A DNA stretch of 64,000 bases from Podarcis tiliguerta (Eukaryota): the NCBI GenBank assembly GCA_965153285.1, contig OZ229120.1; one strand, 5' to 3'. The notes beneath the pieces are model-generated. The model was not told where the DNA came from, did no database searches, and was given only the letters and a program-made list of their open reading frames with translations. The first letter of the stretch is position 1; each line of letters opens with the position of its first letter. Both the position numbers and the translations under genes were made by a program. Below are positions 12,410 to 24,599 of this stretch, one piece after another.

Positions 12410-12795
12410 TCAACCTGGGAAGGTAGCCCATCTAGGAGAAGGAAAACTCTGATCCTACACCTCTGCTGCCTTGTGGCTATACTCATTTGTGAGAAAGGCT
12501 TCTGGACTAAACCCTGAGGGAAAATCCATACATGCTGCCTTGAGGGACATCTTTGGGAGAAGGAAAGACTAGGGAGTAAACCCTACACAAATCCAGAGTA
12601 GAGTTCCTAAAACAGTTGGATGTCATCTTCTAGGCCTCCTCCTGGCAACTCATTGCAACCAAGCTGGGGCCAAATGTATTGCTCTGCTTTTCTTTGGTCC
12701 ACATCAACAAGGCAAAGGATCATCTGGACAGTCCAGGACCTCCATACACACTGCCAAGGCTTATGCCTCGGAGAAGTCACTTTGGTGCTGCTAAC
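12410..12795 (+). mobile_element. RTE-clade retrotransposon 5' region fragment (second copy)
   Basis: Similar to the reverse complement of 6675-7420; has an imperfect internal duplication (TGCTGCCTTG...TAAACCCT...AAATCC twice). Confidence 0.6.
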
Positions 12796-13008
12796 ATAGA
12801 AAAACAACGTGGGAGGCAGCAGTTACAAGTTACCAGTCTCTGCAGCCACAGCTGGTGCTGGGATTCTCCTGTGGTTTGGCTGCACGCCCGGAGGCACTAT
12901 TCATTGTCACCCAAGAGAGACAGTTGCCAACAATGCTGCTTTTCACATAGATGCACCCAAACTGTCTCATATCACAAGGAGATCATTACAATAACAGGAA
13001 TTCATATA

Positions 13009-13250
13009 CAGTGGTACCTCGGGTTACAGATGCTTCAGGTTACAGACACTCCAGGTTACAGACTCCACTAACCCAGAAATAGTACCTCAGGTTAAGAACT
13101 TTGCTTTAGGATGAGAGCAGAAATCGTGCTCTGGCGGCGCGGTGGCAGCAGGAGGCCCCATTAGCTAAAGTGGTACCTCAGGTTAAGAACAGTTTCAGGA
13201 TAAGAACAGACCTCCAGAACGAATTAAGTTCTTAACCCGAGGTACCACTG
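13009..13250 (+). mobile_element. Tigger-like MITE family A, copy 1
   Basis: TIRs CAGTGGTACCTCGGGTTA / TAACCCGAGGTACCACTG, TA TSD; five copies in window. Confidence 0.92.
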
Positions 13251-13347
13251 TACAAGCATTTTTACAATAACCAGTCTAATAACATTTCCCACCAAAGCAT
13301 CTTATAGTACAGGATTTGCCACTCTTTCCTGGATTTGATTCTGAGTA

Positions 13348-13701
13348 CCGTATTTTTCCATGTATAAGACGACCTTTTTTCTGAATTTTTTGTGTGATGA
13401 AATGAGGGTCGTCTTATACACGGGTTAATATGCTAAGTAAGCGAGGGCTGGTGCTGTGATGGTAGCAGGGAAATATCTGAGAGGAGGCTGCTTACCTGCT
13501 CTTCCCGGCTTAGGATGAGTATTTGGTGAGTGCCAGTATGTGGTGTATTACGGCACCAGTTCCGTCAGCCAAAGCGGGGGATCATCGAAAAGCTGCTCAA
13601 CAGCTCAGCGAACTTACAAAAGAAGCTCAACAACTGTTGAGGGCTCCCCAAAAAAGGGGTCGTCTTATACATGGGGTCGTGTTATACACAGAAAAATACG
13701 G
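13348..13701. mobile_element. Tc1/mariner (pogo/Tc2-like) MITE family B
   Basis: TIRs CCGTATTTTTC..TGTATAA / TTATACA..GAAAAATACGG with TA TSD; repeated GTCGTCTTATAC subterminal motif. Confidence 0.85.
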
Positions 13702-14985
13702 TACTTTGCAGGGCAGTGCTGGTGACCCTGGTTACATGTTGTACTAGTAAAGAAATCATTCAAGTGTTCTGGACTGTTGATGTGACAGACATTTTTAATA
13801 ATTACTGATGGGAGGTGGTCATGGGGAGGCAGTAACTACATATTGGGTCATAATGAGAACAGACAATGTGTAAAAAATGGGGGGGAAAATGAAATACAGA
13901 ATATTTTTCAAAATGGTGCATGGATGAACCATTGTACACAGGTTAATATTTCCAAAGCTGTATTTAACACATTTTCTCATGTTTGTGGTTTCATTACCAT
14001 CTTTATAGTATCATGCTGATTAGCTACCATGTAAGCATCACAAGTTGACTCCCTCTATTTAGTTCCAGTAAACAAACTATTAAAGGCTCTAGCTGCCATC
14101 TATTGGTATTTTAATGCGCCTTCTACTACCCGTTACCAACTTGACTGTCACTGTCATATTACCCATAATACTAAGGAGTGCAGTTGCATAAAATTGCCCA
14201 TTAGAGTCTTTTAACATAAAATTTAGATCTTAATTCATCGTTCCCAAAACACACACCCACTGTCCAATATATTACACATCAATGTCTGCTATTTCTATGA
14301 CAGCTCTGATAAAGCTGTCAAACAATCAAAGAACGACTTCAAAAGGAGGAAATCAACTGGAAAAAAAATAATATACTTTTGTAGCATCCTGCTGAGACAG
14401 AGGAAAAACTATATATTTAATACTTAAAAAAAACAAGTGGTGATTAGATTGTTGTGCTCACTTTTGATTCCTAGACACAACACCCAGGCTTGTTATTCCT
14501 CCCCACCATCCGAAAAAAATAAACTCTTTTGTATGATCATGTGATGCTTTTGTGGAGGGAAATGGCAGATGATAAACTCCAGCATGCAGAAGATGATGAA
14601 TCCACTATAAATATGCTATTTGGCGTATTTCTTTTATTTTATCATTCAGCACTTATAAGGAATGAAGCAGTTTTTTAGTGTGGTAGTACCTACTCATCGG
14701 AACTCTCTGCCTATGCACTAATTACGGAACCAGCTTAAAACATTTTTTGTTTGTGTTTAGCCAAGCCTAACCAGACATGTTGAAGTTACATGTGTTTTAT
14801 TTCTTTTTAGCTACTGTTGATTTTAATCGTCTTTTGCATATTTTTTAAAATACCTATTTTTAACAGTTTTTACTGATAATGCTTTAATGTTTAATTTTAT
14901 ATTTTAAAAGTTTTCTTACAATGTTGTTAGATAAGTAAATAAAATGGCAACAAAATGTGCATCACAGTTCTACCACAGATCCCTT

Positions 14986-15320
14986 GTAAAGGGACCCCTG
15001 ACCGTTAGATGACTCTGGGGTTGCGACGCTCATCTCGTTTTACTGGCCGAGGGAGCCGGCATACAGCTTCCAGGTCATGTGGCCAGCATGACTAAGCCAC
15101 TTCTGGTGAACCAGAGCAGCACACGGAAACGCCGTTTACCTTCCCGCCGGAGCGGTACCTATTTATCTACTTGCTCTTTGACGTGCTTTCGAGCTGCTAG
15201 GTTGGCAGGAGCTGGGACCGAGCAATGGGAGTTCACCCTGTCGCAGGGATTCGAACCACTGACCTTCTGATTGGGAAGCCCTAGGCTCAGTGGTTTACAC
15301 CACAGCGCCACCTGCATCCC
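14986..15320 (-). mobile_element. Sauria (Squam1) SINE, subfamily 1
   Basis: tRNA-like head, GGTACCTATTTATCTACTTGC core, GTAAAGGGACCCCTGACC tail; TSD ACAGATCCCTT (14975-14985, 15323-15333); small internal deletion. Confidence 0.95.
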
Positions 15321-15372
15321 TTACAGATCCCTTAGGTTACCAAAAAAATTTAAAATAAAACCTCTTCTTATA

Positions 15373-15416
15373 TATTATTATTATTATTATTATTAGTAGT
15401 AGTAGTAGTAGTAGTA
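15373..15416. repeat. Compound microsatellite (TAT)n(TAG)n
   Basis: Directly visible trinucleotide runs. Confidence 0.9.
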
Positions 15417-17677
15417 TACCACCCTTCTTTTGTCGATCTTAGCATGGTTCACAACATAAAATTACAATATATACACCACAAAATACATAATAAAGGCCCT
15501 TTCTCGTGTTGCCACTCTCCAGACCTCTCTTGGAGGAGGCAAACGAAGAAGGGCCTCATAATAAAGTCTTAAAACATCAACATATAAAAACCAGTATCAA
15601 GCATCTGTATTGGAATTGGTTTTAAGATGTTTTAAATACGTTTTTATTGCTTTATCAGTAGTTTTTTGCTGTCCTGGACTCCTTTGGAAGGGCAGGATGT
15701 AAGTTTAATAAATAAAATCAAATAAAACTCTGAATGCTACTAAATGCAAGAGTGACTCATTAGCCAAAATTCCAGAGGCCAACCCAAGTTATTGTCAATT
15801 TACTTTTTTTTTTTATATGTACCCCACCCTGGGACTATTTGGTGGAGAGTTGTTGTAAATATGGGAAATAAAATACACAATAAAATTACAACTTGCACTT
15901 CTGAGGTGATAGAGGCCTGGGCCTTTTCAGTGGTGGCATGGAAGCTGTGGAAATCACTCCATTTGAAGGTTCTTTTCTGCTGGGATTTTAGTCTTTATAC
16001 CTTGTTTGCTCTTTTTATATGTTTTGCTGCTCTGTGTGATTTATCTGAATTTGATTTTCTTTTAATGAAGTTTTATTCATTCTGGATGCGATTATTTTTT
16101 TTTAAAAAAAGTACACCAATTTGAACATTTTACTGGGAAAGCATTAAAAGCAAAAATGTTACTCAGATTTTTTTTTAGCCTGGCCTATCCTAAGGGATGC
16201 GCGGGGATGTATTGCTATACAATAAAAATTCAGCAAGCCCTGTAAACAAAATAACCACTGAAATGCTAGACTAGAATATCAGACTTAAAATGATCTCATA
16301 GAGACTTAACCCACATATTAAAAGCCAGGCTAGATACAAACGTCTTCTGGAAATGATCATGCTCTGACTTGGCACCTCTCAAGGAAAGGGCGTAGCACAG
16401 CTGTGGATCAGTCAGGGAGAGAAAACCTATCTGCATGCCCACACAGTACAGATGTGCCATACAGATGGCTCTTAATTGACCTTAGAGTTCACAGTGGAAA
16501 ACAGGGGAGAAGGTGGTCTCTGACGGCTGCAGGATGCATTTGAGATATAACACTGTGGGCGAACAGGAAGCTGTGGGACATCAACATCCTGTTTCTGCAT
16601 GTCAATGTAATGTGCAAATATAATTTCACGACAAAACCTATGAACAAGTAAAAAGATCTTCAACGAAGTGTCTTACTCACATTACCATCCACTTAGTTCC
16701 ATTCCCCAGCCCTCGGTATTCCATGATCACTGTTTTTACTCGTCTGTTTTGAGGTCCCTCAATCCATTTTGTCCTAAAAGGTTTTTCTAATTCTGCAAAC
16801 CTTGAAATTCCCCCAAGCCTGCGGATGCCTTTCTCTTGTGTGTGGATCACTCTGTTTTGGCTGCATAATTATCCACTCTTGGAGAATGAGTTCACTGCTA
16901 CTTTATAATATATACGCTATGCATATTCTCCTTTAATTTGGTATGTTTTTACTCATAATAACCCACACCATAGTTGGAAATAAATAAACTGTACAACTCT
17001 GGCTCGTTCCATCCAAATCCTGTAGGGATCCCAGAGTTGTATTTACATGTTATGATTCATATAATACAGGAAAAGTACTGCCTCATACCTTCTTTTAGAA
17101 TCTCATTCCTTAGAGAAGTTCCCAGAGAAAAGAAAGAGTCCCGTCTCCTTGGAAACAGATATTGCTTTGGCTGCAAGTAACTGACATGGGATTTTGCATA
17201 CAGGATTGGCAAATCTAAGATATTAGAAGAGACTTGAATAATCAGGTGATGCATTAAAATAGATTACTCATCACTCTGCCTAAGTTATTAAAGAAATGAA
17301 TAACATGGGCTCTGTTTGTTGTTATCTCATTGTTTAGAGTCAAACTGTGAGTGACATAAATCACTTTAAGATTTGACAGCGTCTATTTTATGATATTTTC
17401 TTGTTTGTATTATTTTTGTGATTGCTATTTTTAAAGTCTTTTTTGGACTACAAGCAGGGTAAAAATCTATAGCATTGAGAGCACAAGGTCACATGTATGT
17501 TTGCTTATAAAAATTGTAACCAATATTCTTGAGGTGAACAAAAATTAAAAAATAAAGTGAAACAAAACAATAATAAAATTGGAGCGGGGGAGAATAAAAC
17601 ATAGGAGCACCCAAAAGAGCATTCTAAGACATAATTCTGAGGGTATTTTTAAAAAGCCTGGGGAAGCAACATTTGAT

Positions 17678-17820
17678 ATTTATTTATCACCTTCCTTTCT
17701 TTCATGAAATCCAATGTAGCATACATGTGGTTCCCAGGCAGTCACCCATACAGGTACTGATCAGAGTCAGAGCTGCTGAGCTTCAGCAAAATGGTTGCCT
17801 TGTGTTTCTCAAGACCATAT
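17678..17820 (-). mobile_element. 5S rRNA-derived SINE (SINE3-like) remnant
   Basis: 17731-17786 aligns by eye at about 75% to the reverse complement of the vertebrate 5S rRNA internal control region; flanked by a TTTATTTAT LINE-type tail. Confidence 0.6.
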
Positions 17821-18468
17821 CACATTACAAAAAAAATCTATGCCTGTCACCAAAAGGCATGAGAAGCTGCCAAGCAAGCCTTACTGAGGAGAGCATCCCA
17901 TAAACAGAACAACACAATTTAGAAGACCCTCTTAGCAATTGCCAGCCACCTAACTTCAGAAGGTAGGACACATGGAAAGGGCCTCCGCTAAGGTTATTAA
18001 TACCTGGGTGGGAACTCCGGCAGACTGAATGGGAGGATAAAGTGTGGACAAGACAGACCTCTCAAGAAGCCAGAGCAGGAGGTCCTTCAGAGTTGATGAG
18101 AAACCATCCCTCACTACCCTATGGGAACGCCTGTGAATTAATGTCACACCGCACTCATGTTACCAATGGCTCATAATCAATGATACTGAAGGCTGAAAGA
18201 AAAAAGAATCAAAGAAGATCAATAGGGTGCAATTACCCAATTGATCTGTAGACAAAGATCATTGATCAAGACTTCAAGTGTAGTCTCAGTGCTGTGCCAA
18301 GCCAAGCATTGGTGCAGAAAGTTGAAAGGCATGCCTAAAGTCCCCCATCCCCCCCCATCACTAGAGCACCCAGGTTTATGCCAGTATAAAAATTAAGGAC
18401 CCCTCCAGACTGATGTTTTATTGAGGGCAGATTCTGCAAAATGTTTGTGACACAATAATTGTGCATTA

Positions 18469-18830
18469 AAGGTAAAGGTACCCCTGCCCGTACGGGCCAG
18501 TCGTGTCCGACTCTAGGGTTGCGCGCTCATCTCGCTCAAGAGGCCAGGAGCCAGCGCTGTCTGGAGACACTTCCGGGTCACGTGGCCAGCGTGACGAAGC
18601 TGCTCTGGCGAGCCAGCACCAGCGCCGCACATGGAAATGCCGTTTACCTTCCCGCTAAAAAGCGGTACCTATTTATCTACTTGCACTTAGGGGTGCTTTC
18701 GAACTGCTAGGTGGGCAGGAGCTGGGACCGAATGACAGGAGCTCACCCTGCCACGGGGATTCAAACCGCCGACCTTGCGATCAGCAAGTCCTAGGCAATG
18801 AGGTTTTACCCACAGCGCCACCCGCGTCCC
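18469..18830 (-). mobile_element. Sauria SINE, subfamily 2
   Basis: AAGGTAAAGGTACCCCTGCCCGTACGGGCC tail, same core; TSD TAATTGTGCATTA (18456-18468, 18833-18845). Confidence 0.95.
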
Positions 18831-18910
18831 GCTAATTGTGCATTAGTGGTATACTAATTTACCCACAGAGCCACCCGCATCCTGCTAATTGTGCATTAGT
18901 GGCATACTAA
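18805..18910. repeat. 53-bp tandem duplication spanning the SINE 5' junction
   Basis: Units 18805-18857 and 18858-18910, 4 mismatches. Confidence 0.9.
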
Positions 18911-19516
18911 TTCTGCTTTAGCTTGTCGGTGGCACTTCCCCAATGCTACCATGTTATTACTGTCCAGTGGGACTATAGCAAAACAAAAGCAGAAGGAATA
19001 TAAAATGGTACATTTGTTGTATAAGAAGTTGCAAGAAGTCACGGGGTATGCATTGATTGAAATGACCACCCCAAAGCTTGTGCAGAAATGAACAGCATTG
19101 CAAGTTGAATCATGTGTGACCACCCAAATAGCATCATAAGCACAAATAATCATAAATATGTAACAAAAAGGATGTCTGAAGCAGCCCTTAAGCCCATCAT
19201 TGTGTCCTGTAGCATATGTGGACTACATAATTTGAGAGAACACTATGATTGTTCTGAGCTCTCCTTGGGATCGAAATGTTGATCACCTCAGACTGCCCCT
19301 GAGAATTTTTCTGACATTGAATATGTGTTCCCAATTTGGCCACATGGAGTAGACTGTGTTGGAGCACCAGCTAGAATACCAAGCACATTGATGATAAAAA
19401 CACAGTTGCCAGACAAAACAAAGGACACCGGGTTTGTAGCTTCCAATGATAATATTTAAAATAGTTTTCTTGGTCTGTCACTGAAGGTCAGACTTCAGTG
19501 TCTATTGCTGGTCCAA

Positions 19517-20330
19517 GTTGTTGGTATCCATCTATCTCGAGAGACAACGGAAGAGTGCCACTTTGGGCATAAATTCAAACTGTTGGAGAGTTACAGTGTC
19601 TGCTGTGACTGTAGAGATGGATGCAGGAGAGCCATGTTTTATTGCAGGTGAGGCAGATGAAGGCATCTGGTTTTGCTACAACAATACCATGGCATTTCTT
19701 CTGTCTGTGACCCTCCAAGCAGTCATTCTTGCTCTGGCCACCGCCGTGGATACATTACCTGACTGTCTGCCTCTAGGCAGTGGGGTGGCCTGACAAGGGA
19801 TTCCCACATGGCAGGGTTAATGTTGTCAGCCTTCATGTCACGTCTGCAGACATCTTTGTAACACAGAGTTGGTCTGCCAATAGGCCTAGTGCCTGAAGCC
19901 AGCTCCCAATAGAGCACATCTATGGGGATCCTTCCATCTTTCATTCTGTGGACATGACCAAACCAGCATAGACGTTGCTGAGACAGAAGTTTGAACATGC
20001 TGGGAATGTGGCTTGGGAGAGCACATCTTTGAGACTCTGTCCTGCCATGTGATGCCCAAAATCTTCACGATGCACTGCATATGGAAGTTGCTGAGGAGTC
20101 ACTCCTGGTGGGTTGCTCATGGTTCACTTCCATAAAGCAATGTGCTCAACACAAAGTGCTTGATAGACCTTCATCTTGGTATTGGTCATTAGCATTACAT
20201 TCTCCCACACACTTTTGGACAGGTAAGCCATTGCTGTAGCTGCCTTGCCAATATGCTTGTCCAGCTCAGTGTCAATGGAGAGGTTGCAGGTTATGGTGGA
20301 GCCCAGGTAGACCAAAGTGCCTACCACCTC
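19517..20330 (-). mobile_element. RTE-clade LINE 3' fragment (decayed RT C-terminal region; not BovB)
   Basis: Frameshifted peptides YLGSTITCNLSIDTELDKHIGKAATA, WFGHVHRMKDGRIPIDVLYWELASGTRPIGRP and C-terminal FICLTCNKTWLSCIHLYSHSRHC; ends in CAACAAC. Confidence 0.92.
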
Positions 20331-21089
20331 AAAATTGAATTAAGTAAAATGTGCTATATCTTAAAGATTCTTTGCACTTCCGGGAGCCTCATCTCACTCT
20401 ATAATCAGCCAATTCTTTCCAAGTTTCTGAAAAACCTTGCAGAAAACAAGGGTTATATTCAAAAGTTCTGTTCTGGCTCATATTATTGATGTATTTCCAT
20501 TTAAAGCACATTGCTGTGCTCCATTCTCCCTGTATTCAGTTTCAGAACACATACTGTTCCCTGCTGATACTGGCTACTGTTGTGAAAGACAGAAGTTGGA
20601 AAAGGAAGGGGAATTTCAAGAAAAAGAAGGTGCTGTTGGCTCTCTTTCTCTACCATGTGATTCTTTGGCAAGTCTTCAGTTGCCTTTCTGTTCAGGAAGC
20701 CTAAACACCATTTATTTCCTGATTCCTTCTCTCAGAAGGAAGACAAACTGACATGAGTTCTACTAAGCTGTGTTGAGCTGACTGGCGCTAGGGGTATATT
20801 ACACTTCTCAACTATGACACCTTTATGGTGCAGCCTCTCAGTACAAAAAAGGTAAATAACTACATAAATAAATACCACCTCAGCATAATTTTTGCCATTA
20901 AAGGTTCTGCTGTGTGGGAGCAAATGAACTGAATTTAACCACTTTAAGCAGGAATCTTGTATATGGGCACTTCTGGAACGTCAGAATGTAACCTCATAGC
21001 GGTGTACTGTGATTTTCTGTTTGCTTGAAATGTCTTTATTTGATTTTCATGTTGGATAATGTTTCTTGTTTCTACACTCCTTTGACCAC

Positions 21090-21515
21090 CAGAATTGAGC
21101 CTCTGCGCTTGAATCCGAGGAGTCTCTGACAGTTTGTTAACAGTTTTTATTGTCTGTTCAACAATATTTCTCATTTGGTGTTATCATGTAACAGCTAGAT
21201 AACTATAGAATGTGCTAGTACTATGGTAGTAAATCATAGCATATAGTATTGGATAGAAAAGGATAAATTATAGGTATAGGATGATAGATGTAGTACTGTA
21301 TAGATGTGTATAGATATATAAAGATAGTTAAGGATAGATAAGTGTAAACAGTTTAATTTAGTTCAGGTGTAGTAAGGTAGAGGTACAGCTGTCATAAATG
21401 AGTTTTGCAAGTGATGATGGGTAACAATAATAATAAGTAAAATTGTTTGTTCATTTTGTCAGTAATATTATGATTATAAATGATCTCCAATAAAAAAATA
21501 TTATTCTAAAGAAAG
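21090..21515 (+). mobile_element. Possible L1-type 3' UTR remnant
   Basis: C-poor TAG/GTA-rich stretch ending AATAAAAAAATATT...AAAGAAAG; composition only. Confidence 0.3.
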
Positions 21516-21989
21516 TACATCATTCATTTTAACTTGGAGTTGGTGAGGAAAGGAAGACAAAACAGATTCTGGTAATTGTGAAAGAGTCAGAGGGAGCCCA
21601 CTTCTTGCTTTCATACACAAGTCCTCTGACCACATTAATATCTAAACCTGTTCTGCTGTTGTTAGAAACTCACCACACAAGCATTTAAGCTTGTCACACA
21701 CTCAGAATGAAGACCGCAGACAAGGATTGGTTATGTTTATTCAAATATAACATGGGAGACTTGTGTGAAATGAAACCAAAGTCTGGGCAGGTATTAACCC
21801 TGGGCTCTGAGCCTCCTTACCTTGAGGGCTCTCCACTAGGCTCCTTCCACCGTTCCTCTGTGTCCAACCAATCCCACTGGTGCACCAGCAGTCTGAATAC
21901 TCTCTCTGAGCATCATGATCAAATAGGGTGTGATAGTTTCCATGCTTCTACAGCATACAAAGTTATACTTTCAATTCCAGTGCTGTGTA

Positions 21990-22325
21990 AGATTACACAA
22001 GGATGCAAAGTCTGCAGTTTTGTAAGGAAGTTCTCAAGCCAAGGAAATTGCACAAAAATCCATAGCATAATGTGTGAATATGAATTCGTACATTAGTGAA
22101 AATAACATAGAGAAATGCATTCAGTGAGGGCAAATTGCTTTGAAAAAAATGTGTATGGTAAGCAAAATTGCAACCAAGAATGTATATGTTAGGAGAAATT
22201 CATACGAAAACGCGGATGGATTTTCATGAGAACACACACACTGCAAACTAACGTGGAAATGATGAGAAATGAATTTGAGATTGGAAATATAAGAAACTGA
22301 AATCAATGTATTTGCTTACTTCTAG
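21990..22325. repeat. Squamate interspersed repeat (probable DNA-transposon remnant)
   Basis: A-rich body with repeated AAATTGC / AATGTGTAT motifs recalled as a common lizard repeat. Confidence 0.4.
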
Positions 22326-22389
22326 TTTTACAGCGGCTCTTTTTTTGAAAAAGGGGGGCTGTCTTGGGATGCAATGCATAGCTGGATGG

Positions 22390-23340
22390 AAATGTTGACC
22401 CAATGTGTGGCTGCTGAGAAAACGCTGAGCACCATGCTGGGGATCACAAGGGAAAGAATGAAAAATAAAACTGACAAGACCATAATGCTTTAAAATGCCC
22501 TATGGTTCAGTCACATGGAATATTGTGTACACTTCTGGTCCCCTCCCCTCAAAAACAGTACTGTAGAACCAGAAATGTTGCAGACAAAGTGCAACAAAAA
22601 TAGCCAAGGGGCTCTTTTTTTTTTTTTTGTAAGGGCAGCCCTTCTGTGATCTTCAGATGATCTTCAAATTTAATAAATGAATAGTTAAAATATAGGAATG
22701 ATATAACATTTTGGGTGTTTTAGTTTTGGTGGAGGGGGGTGTAAGTGTGGACATGACAGAGGTGTAGAATATTATGTACGGTGTGGGAAATGGATAGAGA
22801 AATGTTTTTCTCCCACTCTCATAATACCCAGTTTCTAACCCAGTGTCATCCAATGAAGCCAAATATTGGAAGATTTAGGACAGAGACAAAAGAAAGTACA
22901 GTGGTACCTCGGGTTACATACACTTCAGGTTACGTACACTTCAGGTTACAGACTCCACTAACCCAGAAATAGTACCTCGGGTTAAGAACTTTGCTTCAGG
23001 ATGAGAACAGAAATCGTGCTCCGGTGGCGCGGCGGCAGCAGGAGGCCCCATTAGCTAAAGTGGTGCTTCAGGTTAAGAACACTTTCAGGTTAAGAACGGA
23101 CCTCCGGAATGAATTAAGTACTTAACCCGAGGTACCACTGTACTTATTCACACAGTGCACAGTTAAGTAAGGATTGTTTGCCACAAGTTGTAATGATTGA
23201 CCATCAACTTGGATGGCTTCAAAAAGGTATTAGATTCATGGGGATAAGGCTGTCTGTGACTACTAGCTGTGACGACTATGCTCTACCTCCACTGCCTCTG
23301 TACATCAGTTTCCTAAAAGTGCAAGTGGAGAGCAGTGCTA
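22390..23340 (+). mobile_element. Old CR1 LINE 3' fragment interrupted by MITE A
   Basis: GGAATATTGTGTACACTTCTGGTC, CATCCAATGAAG, ACAAAAGAAAG|TA|CTTATTCACACAG and CTTGGATGGCTT motifs of the CR1 ORF2 end. Confidence 0.8.
22899..23140 (+). mobile_element. Tigger-like MITE family A, copy 2 (nested in CR1)
   Basis: Perfect TIRs and TA TSD. Confidence 0.93.
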
Positions 23341-24517
23341 TTTTTATAGAAGAGGAGGTGCCAGAACTGACCACGAATGCCTCCCTCGGGCCAGTCTCTA
23401 ATCGGTCAGCCTAATCTACCTCACAAGGTTGTTGTGACAAAGCTGCAGACAAACATGCTTCGTGGCTCTAAGCATCTTGGTGCGGAAGGATGGGATAAAA
23501 ATGTAACAATAAATAAATTCAGTGAAATTACCACCAGATGTAAGATTAATTCAGTTTGCGTGGAGTGGTGAGAAAGCTATTCCAGTGAACCAAAAGAAGG
23601 AAATATTGCAGAAATAATAATAAAAAAGGGGGGACTTTTAGTTCCAAGAAAATGATTGTTAGCTCGGGCGCTGTCTGTTAAGCGCTCCCAAACAGAGTGG
23701 TAAGAGGGGCATGTTCCACTTCCATTTTCCGAGTAAAAGGATTATACAAATAATTCAGCTCCAAACCCATTTTGCGAAAGCTGCAAGGATTAGAGATCAT
23801 TTCACCTACACAGCCATCCAATTCTAATTTGCATCCCATCACCTGTAATTACCAAAAAATATATGCAAATACAATCCAGAATTTGTCGCTGAATGAACCA
23901 AGTTCCCGTACAAATGAAACTCTGTAACTATTTGTGCAGAAAGAGAGGGAAGACTGAAATTAGTGATGCTTTTGATTACTTTCGTTTATTTCAGAGTGGG
24001 CATTAAATCCTGCAAATGTGTTTGTTTATGAAGGAATACATTGCTGGTTGCATTATTTATTTATTTGTGTTTTTTTAAAAAAAAACACACACAAACAAAA
24101 AACCAGGCACATAAGACTTTTACTTGGTAACCAGCCTCGCTTCCTAAATGTATGAGATGACCTTCGATTGAACTGTAGAAAGTAAATATAAGAAAAGTTT
24201 CCTGAAAAAGTTGAGGAAAGGGATACAGGAGATTAATGAATGTGTTTGTGTTGGACACTCTTCCCTGTATAGCATACCCAGAGCGATAGGGTCATGTTAT
24301 TTATTGTATTTTTCACATCATTTGCAATTTTAATTTATATGAGTTTGATATCGCTTTTGTCTTTTTGTTGTGTGTTATTTGGTGATATCCCTGGGGAACC
24401 GAAGGATTTATATGCTTTATACACACATTCTGCCGACGAAGCACTCTGGCATAATTATTTCTGGCACTCACTAACTGATTAAAACATCCAGTTTAACTCA
24501 TGATCACTAAGATTAAA

Positions 24518-24599
24518 GCTGCAACCCTATACACACTTACCTGGGAGTAAGTCCTACTGTACTCAATGGGATTTACTTCTGAGTAGTCTGACTGCACTG
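24518..24599. repeat. Short palindromic squamate repeat
   Basis: GCTGCAACCCTATACACACTTACCTGGGAGTAAGTCC..CTCAATGGGATTTACTTCTGAGTA; related copies at 30801, 48411 and 53588. Confidence 0.65.

Noticed and set aside
15079-15270. Recurrent peptide MTKPLL(A/V)NQSS...GTYLSTC (also 34872 and 41041)
   Set aside because: Antisense translation of Sauria SINE copies, not a gene family.
17731-17786. Functional 5S rRNA gene
   Set aside because: Only partial and about 75% similar, lacking both ends.
19517-20330. BovB assignment or horizontal-transfer claim
   Set aside because: The peptide resembles non-BovB RTE elements, and transfer cannot be inferred without phylogenetic data.
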